DNA of 64,000 nucleotides from a bacterium (GTDB taxonomy: Bacteria; UBA8248; JACPRG01; G963555815). Of the stretch, positions 19,411 through 32,651 are shown piece after piece; the stretch's first letter is position 1, and each line of letters starts with the position of its first letter. A program made the position numbers and the translations under genes. Where the stretch lies: positions 3,520,001 to 3,584,000 of the forward strand of contig OZ244653.1 of the NCBI GenBank assembly GCA_965218795.1. Direction: 5' to 3'. The notes under the pieces were generated by a model. It saw nothing but the letters and a program-made list of their open reading frames with translations, did no database searches and was not told the DNA's origin.

Positions 19411-20145
19411 ATGACCTCCTTATCCTCTCCGACCCCTGCGCGCACGGCCCGTACCCTCGTTGTGGTCCCCACCTATAACGAGGTGGAAAATATCGGTCCC
19501 CTGATTGATAGGGTCCTTTCCCTCCCTCATCCGCTCGAGATACTTGTGGTCGATGACGCGTCGCCAGATGGAACCGCCTGGCGGGTCGAGCAAAAAGCCG
19601 AGAACGACGGGCGGATTCACCTGCTCCGGCGGCCGGGGAAAATGGGACTGGGCTCGGCCTACCTGGACGGTTTCCGATGGGCCCTGCAGCGGGACTATAT
19701 GCGCGTCATTGAGATGGACGCGGATTTCTCCCACGATCCCGGCAGACTGGTCGATCTTCTGCAGGCTTCGGAGGAGGCGGACCTCGTCCTTGGTTCTCGA
19801 TACGTAGACGGCGGGGGCACCGTGGGCTGGAGCCGGTTTCGAAAGTTCATCAGCCGCATGGGCTCCTTGTACGCCCGCACTATCCTCCGCGTTCCGATCC
19901 GGGATCTGACCAGCGGTTACAAGTGCTTCCACCGGAGGGTTCTCGAAGCGATTCCACTGGATGAAGTGGTCTGTGGGGGATACGCATTTCAGATTGAGAT
20001 GACGTACCGAGCCCTGCGCAAACAATTTCGAGTCGTGGAAGTCCCCATCCAGTTTACGGAGCGTCGCGTGGGCAAGTCCAAGATGTCCTGGAGGATCCTC
20101 CTGGAGGCCGTCCTCAATGTCTGGTGGATGCGGTTTCGCCTTTGA
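19411..20145 (+). CDS. Polyprenol monophosphomannose synthase (GT2, Dpm1-like)
   Basis: PTYNE, VDDASPDGT, MDADFSHDP, GSRY, DLTSG. Confidence 0.9.
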   Translation: MTSLSSPTPARTARTLVVVPTYNEVENIGPLIDRVLSLPHPLEILVVDDASPDGTAWRVEQKAENDGRIHLLRRPGKMGLGSAYLDGFRWALQRDYMRVIEMDADFSHDPGRLVDLLQASEEADLVLGSRYVDGGGTVGWSRFRKFISRMGSLYARTILRVPIRDLTSGYKCFHRRVLEAIPLDEVVCGGYAFQIEMTYRALRKQFRVVEVPIQFTERRVGKSKMSWRILLEAVLNVWWMRFRL

Positions 20146-20173
20146 AGTTCATATCCCCTCAAGGCCCGGAAAA

Positions 20174-21300
20174 ATGGAATTAAGAACGGAAGTCAAACGG
20201 TGGCTGGCCAGGATTCAGGCCCCTTGGGTGGTGGGGCCGGGACGTTCGGCTGATCAAACGCAATATCCCCGGGCACTGAAATTCGAGGCGTCTCCGAAGA
20301 TTCTGGTTATTGTGTATCCTCCCGGGTTGGGGGATACGCTGATGGTGACTCCCTTCCTCGGTTCGTTGGCGGCCAATTTCGATCGGCCGAAGATTTGGGT
20401 GCTCGCGGGCGGGGCGGCCTCCGATCTGCTGGCGCGCCACCCTGCGGTCGAAGGCGTCATTCGCTACGAGGATGACTGGATTTCCAAGGACGACAAGCGC
20501 GGCCCGAAAAGGACCTCGGCCGAGCGGCGCGCGCTTCGTGACCGGCTGCGGGGGGAGGCATTCGACGCGGTCTTCGATTTGCTGGGGAATTTTCCATCCG
20601 CCCGTCTCGCGGCATCTCTTCGGTCTCCCATCCGGGTCGGGTATTCCAGCGGGTTCGAGGCGTTCTTGACTCATCCCGTTCCGGACCGCCGATTCCGTGA
20701 AGCCTCCCTGTCCATGGCCGAGTATCACCTGGATCTGCTGCGCCGGGTGGGACTCGAAGCAGGTCACCCGCGGCCGTACGTAGCCATTGGGGAAGAGGGG
20801 CACTTTGCCGACCGGTGCGTCCGCGAATTCGGAGCCGAGGGAGTATGGATCGGGTTGATTCCCGCGTCGGCCGACCCTCGAAAATCATGGGATCCGGAAC
20901 TGTTTGCCCGGGCCGCCGACGGAATCGTGCAATTGGCCGACGGGCGGGGGATCCTGTTAGGGGCGGAAACCGAACGGGAGACGCTCGAAGCGGTCGAAGG
21001 GTCGATGCGTACGGCTCCGGTCAACCTCTGCGGGAGAGCGACCATATTCGAGGCCGCCGCTCTTCTTCGCAGGTGCAGGCTTATGCTGTCGGTCGACACC
21101 GGATTGATGCATCTGGGAGCATCGGTCGGGGTGAAAATCGTGGCTCTCATGCTGAAGGAGAGCCTGCTCTGGCGCCCCTGGGGGGAAGGCCACAGAATCC
21201 TGACGGGCCTCGCGCGGGTCCTGCCTCTCCCGGCGCGCTCCGGGTGGAGGACGTCATCCGGGCCGCAGAGGGGATTCTGTCCGACGAGAGGGGGACGTGA
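20174..21300 (+). pseudogene. GT9 (heptosyltransferase-like) with frameshift near 3' end
   Basis: GLGDTL, DTGLMH; typical end LRVEDVIRAA lies in another frame that stops at 21300, overlapping the next start. Confidence 0.7.
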
Positions 21301-22443
21301 GCCGCTACCGGGTCGTGCTCGTTTCTCACGCCTATGTGACGCCCTTCAACCGGGAAAAGGCGAGAGCGCTTGCGGCGTCGGGGGAGGCGGAGGTTACCCT
21401 GCTGGTCCCCGGCCGGTGGGATGGACCGGTTCCCGGTCCGGAACGGGATGAGCCCTACCGGCTGGTCAGGCTTCCCGTGAGTTTTCCGGGGCGGGGTGGA
21501 GGCCATTTTTACCGGAGCGGCCTGTCGGGCCTGCTGGAAGAGTTCCGGCCCCACATCGTTCATGTCGAAGAAGAGCCGTGGGCCGTCTCTGCGTTTCAGT
21601 TGTCCCGGATGAAACGAGATGGTTGTTTCCGGCTGATTCTTTTTTCATGGGATTCGGGGCTGGATGGAAGCGGCGACGCTGCGGCGGGTTGATCTCGGTA
21701 TCGGCGGAAACGAAGCCGCGGCGCGGGAGCTGAGCCGGAAAGGCGTGGCGAACGTTTGCGTGCTGCCTCAGCTGGGAGTCGACCCGGGAAGGTTTCGGCT
21801 CGAAGAGAAGCCGGTGGACCGGACGTTGACGATCGGCTATGCGGGACGGTTGGTTCCGGAAAAGGGGGTGGATTTTCTGATACACGCGGTGGCGGCGCTC
21901 GAAGGGGAATGGCGGCTGAGGGTTTTGGGAAAGGGGCCGGAGGAAGGGGCCCTGCGCGCTCTGGCCGAAAAATTGGCAGTTTCGGATCGGATCGAATTCC
22001 TGCCGGAGGTTCCGCACGCGGAGGTGGCCGAATACATGCGAAGCCTTGGGGTTCTCGTTTTGCCATCGCGCACGACGGAAAGCTGGGCCGAGCAGTTCGG
22101 CCACGTCCTGATTGAGGCGATGTCTTCAGCGGTGCCCGTCGTTGCATCGACGAGCGGGTCGATTCCGGAGGTGATCGGCGATGCGGGTCTGCTATTCCCC
22201 GAGGGTGATGCCGAATCCCTCCGGACCTCCTTGGAACGCGTCCGGGAGGAACCAGGCTTGGCGGAGAGGCTGGGACAAACGGGCCGCCGGCGCGTCCTTG
22301 AGCGGTATACCTGGGAGCGAATTGCGGATGAAACCCTCCGGCACTACCGTGAATTGTTGGAAGGAGAAATCCCTCCAGCCGCCGGTATCGGAGAAGAAGG
22401 GCGGGTTCCGGAGCCGGGATCCGCAGAGGTGAGAGAACGGTGA
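21297..22443 (+). pseudogene. GT4 glycosyltransferase split by frameshift near 21650
   Basis: N-part HVEEEPW..LFSW; C-part GRLVPEKG, EQFGHVLIEAM. Confidence 0.8.
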
Positions 22444-23918
22444 AGACCGGATCCCGAATCTTTCGAAACTCCGCCGCTTTGCTGAGCGGCCAGATGGCCG
22501 AGCGTATTCTCAAGCTCATCGTGATGGCCGTCCTGGCCCGATTTCTCGGAAAATCGGAGTTTGGCCTCTATATCTTCGTCCTTACGTATGTGGACTTTTT
22601 TCACCTTCTCACCGACCTCGGCATCCAGACCATTCTCGTCCGCGAGATGGCCCGCGACCCCGACCGCGCCGAAGACCTCATGGGGAACGCCCTCACCCTG
22701 AAACTCATCTCCGCGGGAGTATCGGTGCTGTTGGCCGTCGTCGTCATCCTCCTGTCCGGGTACCCCCTTTCGCTTGCGGGGCTCGTGGCGTGGGCGTCGC
22801 TGGGTCTGTTTTTGTCGTTCCGTTTGAGCTCTGTCCGCCAGGTTCTCGACTCGGTTTTTCAGGTCCGTTTGGAAATGCGCGTCCCTGTGGTGCTGGGCGT
22901 CGGGAGCGAGGCGCTTTCGGCCATCGGGCTGTTGGCTGCGGTATGGGCCAATCTGGGGCTGGCCTGGCTGTTGGCGGTTCAAAATCTGGCTTACCTGCCG
23001 GGCGCCGTCGGGCTGGTTTGGCTCACGCGGGGACGAGTTCCGTTGAAGCCCAGGTGGTCAAAAGGGGCCGCCCTTGGCCTTCTCAAGGAGTCCTACCCCT
23101 TGGGGCTGGCCAGTCTGTTCACGTTGGCCTATGTGAAGGTCGACATCCTGATGCTGGCCGTGATGAAAGGGGATGACGCTGTCGGTATCTATGCGGCGGC
23201 GTACCGATTAGTCGGGTCGCTGACCATTTTGCCCGCGGCCATTCTCGGTTCGCTGTTCCCGCTGATCTCCCAATACGCCCGAACGGCGCCGGAGATCCTC
23301 CCTACCATGTTCCAGCGGAGCCTGAACATCATCATGATGCTGGCGTTTCCGATTGCCGTCGGAGGGACGGTGCTTGCACGTGAAATAATGGTCGCGGTTT
23401 ACGGCGAGCGCTTCGTGGAGTCTGCCTTGGTGTTTCGCGTCCTGAGCTGGGCCGTTGCCGTCAGCTTCATCAGCTATTTCCTGACCTCCGCTTTGAACGC
23501 GATGGACCGTCAGCGGACTTACCTCGGCCTGACAGCCGGAATGGCGCTGCTGAACCTGGGGCTCAATGTTTTCTGGATCCCCCGCTATGGATTCATGGGG
23601 GCATCGGTGGCCACCCTGATCACCGAGTGTACCTTGATGCTCATCTGTCTGCGGCTTATGGGAGCCTACCTGAAAGAGTTGGCTCTGCTTCCCTTCTTCA
23701 AGTTCGCGCTGTCGGCTGGCGTGATGGGCGTGGTCGTGAAGGTCTTCTCCCGCGGAGTTCTTCTTCTGGATATTCCCCTGGCGGTTGTCGTGTATGCGGT
23801 GTGTCTGGCGCTCCTTCGGGCGGTCAGCCGGGAGGAGTGGGAGGGCTTCCTGGCCGCAGTGGGTATCCGATCCGGCAACAGCGCGGGGGTTGAATCCGCC
23901 CGCGTCCCGGGGGGCTGA
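22440..23918 (+). CDS. wzx: Wzx-type polysaccharide flippase
   Basis: ARFLG..FG, DLGI, VGIYAAAYR, IPRYGFMGA; many TMs. Confidence 0.85.
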   Translation: MKTGSRIFRNSAALLSGQMAERILKLIVMAVLARFLGKSEFGLYIFVLTYVDFFHLLTDLGIQTILVREMARDPDRAEDLMGNALTLKLISAGVSVLLAVVVILLSGYPLSLAGLVAWASLGLFLSFRLSSVRQVLDSVFQVRLEMRVPVVLGVGSEALSAIGLLAAVWANLGLAWLLAVQNLAYLPGAVGLVWLTRGRVPLKPRWSKGAALGLLKESYPLGLASLFTLAYVKVDILMLAVMKGDDAVGIYAAAYRLVGSLTILPAAILGSLFPLISQYARTAPEILPTMFQRSLNIIMMLAFPIAVGGTVLAREIMVAVYGERFVESALVFRVLSWAVAVSFISYFLTSALNAMDRQRTYLGLTAGMALLNLGLNVFWIPRYGFMGASVATLITECTLMLICLRLMGAYLKELALLPFFKFALSAGVMGVVVKVFSRGVLLLDIPLAVVVYAVCLALLRAVSREEWEGFLAAVGIRSGNSAGVESARVPGG

Positions 23919-23919
23919 T

Positions 23920-25143
23920 ATGGCATCTTCTCTCCGCCCCTACCCTTATCACTCCGCAGCGCGGCGCGCCTTGGCCCGTGCGGTCGATGGGCTGGGGAAC
24001 GCGTGTTTCGGCGATAAGCGCCGCCAAGCGCATGGCCCAAAGGGGCCGCCGGATCCCGGCCGGGTCCGTGAGGTTCTCGTCGTCCGCCTGGACCATTTGG
24101 GAGACGTGGTTTTTGCGACGGCGGCGCTCGGACCCCTGCGGTCGCTGTACCCGGAGGCCCGGGTGACCGCCCTCGTCGGCCCGTGGTCCGCGCCGCTGCT
24201 TCTTCATCACCCTGAAATCGATGAGGTTGTGGTGTTCCGGAATCCGTGGTTTGACCGCACGGGCCGGGCCACGGAAAGGGACGTCATCGACGTGTTGCAA
24301 TGGATACGCGGCCGTCGTTTCGACGTTGGACTCGACCTGCGGGGCGACCCCCGGATCATCGGTCTTCTGGCCCTCGGCGGGGTCGGTTACCGTATCGGCT
24401 ATGGGTGGGGCGGCGGTGGATTTCTGTTGTCCCAGGAACTGGATCACCCCCCGGGGGTCCATCAGGTGGAACGGAACGTAGCTCCTGTCCAGGCTCTGGG
24501 GTGGCAGCGGACGCCCGGATTTTGCCCGATGCCTCTTCTTCGGATTTCCGGACTGGAAAAGGAAGTCGTGAATCGAAAGCTGGCCTCGGGCGGATGGAAC
24601 GGGGACGGAGCCTCCGGGCCGGAGGCGATTCCCCGCATTCAAGGGACGGAGAAGGTCGCTGTGCTTCATCCCGGCGCGGGGCACCCCGCAAGGCGGTGGA
24701 GAACGGATCGCTACGGCGCTCTCGCCAAGTGGCTTGCCGGGACGGGCGGCTACCGAATCGTCCTGATCGGTTCCGGAGAGGAGGCGCCGCTGGCAGCCGA
24801 GGTGAGCCGCGCGGCGGGGGACCTCGACGCCCTCGACCTTTGCGGGAAGAACTCGATTCGAGAGTTGATGGCGGTGTTGGGCCGGGCGGACCTGATGATC
24901 GGCAACGATTCGGGACCCGTTCACATGGCGGCCGCGCTGGGGAGCCGAACGGTGGCTCTGTTCAGCGGCACCAACGATGTGGCCGAATGGGCTCCCGTGG
25001 GAACGCAGACCCGCGTTGTCCGAAACGAGGTTTCTTGCAGCCCGTGTTCCCTCAAGGTGTGTGTCGATTACAACCACGTATGTATGGAGGACCTCACATT
25101 GGAGGCGGTTCAACAGGCGGTGCGGTCTTGCGAATCATCATAG
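23920..25143 (+). CDS. GT9 (heptosyltransferase-like)
   Basis: RLDHLGD, HPGAG, NDSGPVHMAAA, CSPC. Confidence 0.9.
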   Translation: MASSLRPYPYHSAARRALARAVDGLGNACFGDKRRQAHGPKGPPDPGRVREVLVVRLDHLGDVVFATAALGPLRSLYPEARVTALVGPWSAPLLLHHPEIDEVVVFRNPWFDRTGRATERDVIDVLQWIRGRRFDVGLDLRGDPRIIGLLALGGVGYRIGYGWGGGGFLLSQELDHPPGVHQVERNVAPVQALGWQRTPGFCPMPLLRISGLEKEVVNRKLASGGWNGDGASGPEAIPRIQGTEKVAVLHPGAGHPARRWRTDRYGALAKWLAGTGGYRIVLIGSGEEAPLAAEVSRAAGDLDALDLCGKNSIRELMAVLGRADLMIGNDSGPVHMAAALGSRTVALFSGTNDVAEWAPVGTQTRVVRNEVSCSPCSLKVCVDYNHVCMEDLTLEAVQQAVRSCESS

Positions 25144-26285
25144 ACAGCCGGATGTGGAAATGGACCGGGATCGGGACTTACATCCGCGTGCTCCTGGAAG
25201 GGTTGGCGGAGATCCGGCCCGATCACGAGATCCGGTGTCTGATTCGGCAGGAAGATCGGGAGGAGATAACGCGCGCGGGGATTGAAGGAGATGGCATCCG
25301 GTTCCTCGAGTGTCCCGCCAAAGTGTACTCGCTCCGGGAGATGCGCGGGTTGGCCAGGTTCCTCCGGGGGATCGATTTCGATCTGGTTCATTTCCCACAT
25401 TATATCTATCCCTTCCGGGAAAACGGCCTGCGGGCCGTCGTCACCATTCACGATCTCATTCATCTTCGGTTTCCGAAATACCACAAGACTCCCCTCCATT
25501 ACGCATTCGCTCGCTTCGTTATGTCGAGAAGCGCACGCGCGGCGCAATCGGTCATCACGGTCTCGAACTATTCCAAGCAGGACATCGTTGAGCGTTTGGG
25601 CGTGGCTCCCGAAAAAATCCGGGTGATTTACAACGGTCTTCGAAAGGGTTTTACCGCCGAGGCGGACCCCTCCAAAAGATCCGCGGCCGAAAGAACCCGC
25701 GAGAGGCTGAATCTTGTGGATCCCTATGTTCTCTACGTCGGAAACGCCAAGGAGCACAAGAACCTGGAAGGGTTATTCCAGGCGTTCGGTCGGATGTTGA
25801 AACGGTGGGACCGGAAGCAGGCGGGGATCGACCGACCGACGCTGGCGGTCACGGTCACCCGGGAGGAGCTGCGCGGGAGCGCGGCGGCGGAGATTCCCGA
25901 ATCGATCCGGTTCCTCGGGAGGATCGAAGGCGGCATACTGGCCGATCTGTACCGCGCCGCCGCGGTGCTGGCCCTTCCTTCCTACTGTGAAGGGTTCGGC
26001 CTTCCGCCCCTGGAGGCCATGGCCTGCGGAGCGCCGGTGGTCTGTTCCAATGCCGCATCGCTTCCGGAAGTGGTCGGTGACGCGGCACTCCAGGTTCCCC
26101 CGGACGACCTTGACCGTCTATCGTCGGCTCTCTATGATTTGCTCACGATGGAGGACGTGAGGATTCGGCTGCGAAACGAAGGACTGAAACGGGCGCAGTT
26201 GTTTACGGCTCGCGCGATGTCCGAGGCCACCCTGAAGGTTTACGAGGAAGCCGCTCCCGCCGGATCGGCTTCAGCGGGTGCGTAA
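25128..26285 (+). CDS. GT4 glycosyltransferase
   Basis: [29 protein letters not shown]; TTG start overlapping upstream gene. Confidence 0.9.
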   Translation: MRIIIDSRMWKWTGIGTYIRVLLEGLAEIRPDHEIRCLIRQEDREEITRAGIEGDGIRFLECPAKVYSLREMRGLARFLRGIDFDLVHFPHYIYPFRENGLRAVVTIHDLIHLRFPKYHKTPLHYAFARFVMSRSARAAQSVITVSNYSKQDIVERLGVAPEKIRVIYNGLRKGFTAEADPSKRSAAERTRERLNLVDPYVLYVGNAKEHKNLEGLFQAFGRMLKRWDRKQAGIDRPTLAVTVTREELRGSAAAEIPESIRFLGRIEGGILADLYRAAAVLALPSYCEGFGLPPLEAMACGAPVVCSNAASLPEVVGDAALQVPPDDLDRLSSALYDLLTMEDVRIRLRNEGLKRAQLFTARAMSEATLKVYEEAAPAGSASAGA

Positions 26286-26289
26286 GCTG

Positions 26290-27456
26290 ATGAAAGTCGC
26301 CATCGTTCATGACTGGCTGACGGGGATGCGCGGGGGTGAATTCACCCTTGAGGTGTTCTGCAATCTGTTCCCCCAGGCCGAGCTGTTCACGCTGGTGCAT
26401 TGGAAGGGATCGCTCTCCGAGGTACTGGAGGCCATGCCTATTCATGTGTCCTTCCTGCACCGGATACCGGGCGCCAGGCGCCGCTATCGCCGGTTTCTGC
26501 CGCTGATGCCGGCAGCCGTCGAGCGGTTCGATCTGTCGAGCTATGACTTGGTCCTGAGCTCGAGCCACTGTGCGGCAAAGGGCGTCCTCACGCGGCCGGA
26601 TACCCTCCACGTCTGTTATTGCTATACCCCGATGCGTTATGCCTGGGAGAGCCATCACCGGTATTTCCCCGATGAGCGGCTGGGTTTTTTCGAAAGGTGG
26701 CTGCTCCCGGCCGCCTTCACGTACCTTCGGATGTGGGATGTCACGTCGTCCCACCGGGTGGACCGCTTCATCGCCATATCCGAAGCGGTCCGAGCGCGGA
26801 TTCGCAAGTACTACGGGCGCGAATCCGATGTCATCCACTGCCCCGTGGACACGGGCCGTTTTCAGGCCTCTGCGGGAGGGGATTACTATCTGGTCGTCTC
26901 GGCCTTCGCCCCGTACAAGCGGATCGATCTGGCGATCGAGGCGGCGGGCCGTCTGGACCGCCCTCTGAAGATCGTTGGAGCGGGGCAGGATGAGCGGCAC
27001 CTGAAGGACTTGGCCGCTTCCTCGGGCGGGTCGGGTGTGGAGTTTCTGGGGTGGAAGACCGGGCGGGAGCTGGTGGAGTTGTATGAGGGATGCCGGGCCT
27101 TCCTCTTCCCGGGGGAAGAGGACTTCGGGATCGCGCCCGTGGAGGCCATGGCGGCCGGTCGTCCGGTGATTGCGTTGGCCGGCGGGGGGGCGCTGGAAAC
27201 GGTCATCGGTCCCGACGATCCGGAGGGCCGCAAGCCCACCGGCGTGTTCTTTCCGGAAGAGTCGTCGGATCACCTGGCCGAGGCCATCCGGACGTTTGAA
27301 ACGATGGAAGATATTTTTCATCCCGCCGATATTCGCGCTCATGCCCTTCAGTTCGATACGTCGATATTCCGGACGGCCATTGAAGAGTACCTCCGCAACG
27401 CCTTGACCGAATTCGGGGCGGAAGAGGTCATGCAGCCGAGTCCCGCAGGAGGCTGA
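26290..27456 (+). CDS. GT4 glycosyltransferase (WbaZ-like)
   Basis: VHDWLTGMRGGE, YCYTPMRYAW, EEDFGIAPVEAMA. Confidence 0.9.
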   Translation: MKVAIVHDWLTGMRGGEFTLEVFCNLFPQAELFTLVHWKGSLSEVLEAMPIHVSFLHRIPGARRRYRRFLPLMPAAVERFDLSSYDLVLSSSHCAAKGVLTRPDTLHVCYCYTPMRYAWESHHRYFPDERLGFFERWLLPAAFTYLRMWDVTSSHRVDRFIAISEAVRARIRKYYGRESDVIHCPVDTGRFQASAGGDYYLVVSAFAPYKRIDLAIEAAGRLDRPLKIVGAGQDERHLKDLAASSGGSGVEFLGWKTGRELVELYEGCRAFLFPGEEDFGIAPVEAMAAGRPVIALAGGGALETVIGPDDPEGRKPTGVFFPEESSDHLAEAIRTFETMEDIFHPADIRAHALQFDTSIFRTAIEEYLRNALTEFGAEEVMQPSPAGG

Positions 27457-27499
27457 TCGAACTCCGGCCGTTGATGAACATGGGACGGACGCTTATCTC

Positions 27500-28909
27500 G
27501 TGAAGAAGTATGCGCACCTGGCTGTTTTCACTTTGGTCCTGGCGGACATCGCGGCCGTGGTGGCCGCTTGGTCCACCGCCTTCGTCCTTCGATTCATCGT
27601 CGAGGTCATCCCTGCCCTCAAGACCTATCCCACCTTCTCCCATTACCTGTCGTTCGTGCCGATTGTCCTGGCGTTCTGGCTGGCCGCCGCGCGATGGCTC
27701 AATCTGTACGATCCCCAGTTTCCCCGGTCGCTGCGGGTTCGCGCCTGGAACGCCTGGAAGGTCGCTACCCTGTCGGTTGTCCTGCTGACGGCCCTGACCT
27801 TCTTTTATCGCGAATTCCCCTTCGCCCGATTCTCGCGGATCGCGATGATGTACTACTGGATCATCGTCACGATCTATGCGGTCATCGCCCGCCAGATCGC
27901 GCAATCCTTCCTGAAAGTCCTGCGGAATCGGGGTTACGAGGTCCGGCGCATCCTGATTGCCGGCACGGGCGAGTTGGGAAAGGACCTCGGGCGTCGAATG
28001 CGGGAGAACGCTGCGCTGGGGATCGAGGTGGTGGGTTACCTGACCGACCGCAGCGAGGAGATCGGTCAAGATGTGGAGGGCCCTCCGGTCGTCGGGCGGC
28101 TGGAAGATCTCCGGGAATTCATCGCTCGGCTCAAGGCGGATCAACTCTTCATTGCGCTGCCGATGGACTCTCAGGACCGCCTTCAGCGCGTCCTGGAAGG
28201 GATCGGCGAAGAGTTGATCGATATCAAGGTGGTCCCCGATTTTCTGAAATTCATGCAGCTCAACGCCGGGATTGAGGATTTCGACGGGCTGCCGGTCATC
28301 AGTCTGAGGGAAAGCCCGCTGTTCGGGGCAAACCTCATCGTCAAGCGATCGGCGGATATCGTTTTATCCCTGCTTGCCCTGATCGTTCTGTCACCGCTGA
28401 TGATTCTCATCGCGCTGGCGGTGAAGCTCACTTCGCGCGGGCCCGTGCTCTATCAGCAGGAGAGAATGGGGCTCGACGGCGTTTCCTTTCAGATGTACAA
28501 GTTCCGCTCCATGAAAGTGGAAGCGGAAAAGGAGACCGGTGCGGTCTGGGCGAGCCCGGAGGACCCCCGGCGCACCGCAATCGGTCGCCTCATCCGCACG
28601 GCCAGCCTCGATGAATTGCCGCAGGTGTTCAACGTCTTGGGAGGCGACATGAGTCTGGTCGGCCCCCGTCCGGAGCGTCCCGTGTTTGTGGAGGAGTTTA
28701 AAAAGAAGGTGCCTGGCTATATGCTGCGCCACAAGGTCAAGGCGGGTATCACCGGCTGGGCCCAAGTCAACGGCTGGCGCGGGAACACGCCGCTCGACAA
28801 GCGGATCGAGTGCGACCTGTATTATATCGAGCACTGGTCGCTGGGGCTTGATTTGAAGATCATCTGGATGACCTTGTGGAAAGGAATCTTCCACAAACAT
28901 GCGTATTGA
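27500..28909 (+). CDS. wcaJ: Undecaprenyl-phosphate glucose phosphotransferase (WcaJ-like)
   Basis: KFRSM, SLDELPQ, MSLVGPRPE, GITGWAQVNG. Confidence 0.88.
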   Translation: MKKYAHLAVFTLVLADIAAVVAAWSTAFVLRFIVEVIPALKTYPTFSHYLSFVPIVLAFWLAAARWLNLYDPQFPRSLRVRAWNAWKVATLSVVLLTALTFFYREFPFARFSRIAMMYYWIIVTIYAVIARQIAQSFLKVLRNRGYEVRRILIAGTGELGKDLGRRMRENAALGIEVVGYLTDRSEEIGQDVEGPPVVGRLEDLREFIARLKADQLFIALPMDSQDRLQRVLEGIGEELIDIKVVPDFLKFMQLNAGIEDFDGLPVISLRESPLFGANLIVKRSADIVLSLLALIVLSPLMILIALAVKLTSRGPVLYQQERMGLDGVSFQMYKFRSMKVEAEKETGAVWASPEDPRRTAIGRLIRTASLDELPQVFNVLGGDMSLVGPRPERPVFVEEFKKKVPGYMLRHKVKAGITGWAQVNGWRGNTPLDKRIECDLYYIEHWSLGLDLKIIWMTLWKGIFHKHAY

Positions 28910-29286
28910 GGGGGTGTTTACATGGCGAAATCGAAAGCGAAGGGATTCGTCGGACATTTTGCCCGGCCTGTCAAGGGGCGGAATCCCTGGCTGGTCGCGC
29001 GAGACGCCCGGCCTCCCTTATCGGTGGGGCGGGCGTCTCACCCGCCTGGCAGAGCGTATGCCAAAGCCTGTCTCCCGTATCGACACTACGAATGGTTATT
29101 GCATAGCGACGAATATCCATGACCACCGGCCTCTGGGGACAAGAAAAGGTTGCCGGGCATTTTACCCGGCCTACCTATGGATAGGTTGGAGATGATCGCC
29201 ATTCTGGACATGGCTGTTCAGGGACTTAGGGGAAAGCCCACCGACCGGACTGCACAGGCTCATCCTCCGGGCCGATATGGACCTGC

Positions 29287-31697
<2,411 letters not shown>

Positions 31698-31737
31698 AAC
31701 CTCCCATGGGGCAACCCCCCCTCGGTTCCGAACCGCC

Positions 31738-32541
31738 GTGGTTTTTTGCGAAGCCTTTGAGATTCCTCCGAATATCTGTGTCGCCATCGTAGGCGCCGGT
31801 GGCAAGACGGCCCTCATGCACCGTCTGGCGGCGGAAATGGCCGCCGAGGCGGCCCGGGCGGACAGGGCGGTCCTGGTCACGAGCACCACGAAAATTTTTC
31901 GGCCTGAGCCGGAGGAGGCCGAGGCGGTGATCCTGACCGACGATCTGGAGGAGGCGCGAAGCCGCATTCGAAAGGCGGCCCGGAAAGACTTTCGAATCGT
32001 CCTGGCCGCGGGCTCTCACGCCGACCCTCGGTATGAGACCGAAAAGCTGGACGGAATCCCCCCCGACTGGGCGGGCCCGCTGCTGGAGATGGAGGAGGTG
32101 GCATGGTTGCTCGTGGAGGCCGACGGCTCCCAGCGAAGGCCCGTCAAAGCCCCGGGGAGTCGGGAGCCCGTTTGGCCGAAACCCGTGGATTGGGCGGTCG
32201 GTGTCCTGGGGTTGTCGGCATTGGGACGGCCCAATCATCAGGACCGGGTGTTCCGGCCGGATCGAGTCACACAGGTCACGGGAACTCCGGAAGGGGCCGC
32301 CCTGGACCTGTCCGCCTACCTTGCGCTGATGGCGAGCCCGGACGGGATATTCCGCGGCGCTCCGAAGGAATCCCATCTCATCGGCTTCCTCAATCAGACC
32401 GATGCCTGCGATCAGGTTGTCGATCACGACACGATAGGATATATACTTAACAGTGGGATTGATGCCGGAGGAATGGAATCAATCTTTTCCGGAAGCCTGT
32501 TAGAGGCGAAGATTCAAAAGATTTGGGCGCGCAGCGCGTAA
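31738..32541 (+). CDS. yqeC: Selenium-dependent hydroxylase accessory protein YqeC-like
   Basis: VGAGGKT, TSTTKI, LVEADGS..PVKAP..EP. Confidence 0.8.
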   Translation: MVFCEAFEIPPNICVAIVGAGGKTALMHRLAAEMAAEAARADRAVLVTSTTKIFRPEPEEAEAVILTDDLEEARSRIRKAARKDFRIVLAAGSHADPRYETEKLDGIPPDWAGPLLEMEEVAWLLVEADGSQRRPVKAPGSREPVWPKPVDWAVGVLGLSALGRPNHQDRVFRPDRVTQVTGTPEGAALDLSAYLALMASPDGIFRGAPKESHLIGFLNQTDACDQVVDHDTIGYILNSGIDAGGMESIFSGSLLEAKIQKIWARSA

Positions 32542-32651
32542 GCCGCATTCACCGGTTTCACGCGGATGCGTCGCAGCCTGATAGGAAAGTCGAACGAAAA
32601 GACCCCCGACCGTGGGTCGAACAGGATCCGGGGAACCGACCGGAGGGCATC

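Noticed and set aside
24300-25127. Long N-terminal extension on the GT4 ORF suggesting a fusion
   Set aside because: Arg/Gly/Pro-rich off-frame overlap with the GT9 gene; real start is about 25128
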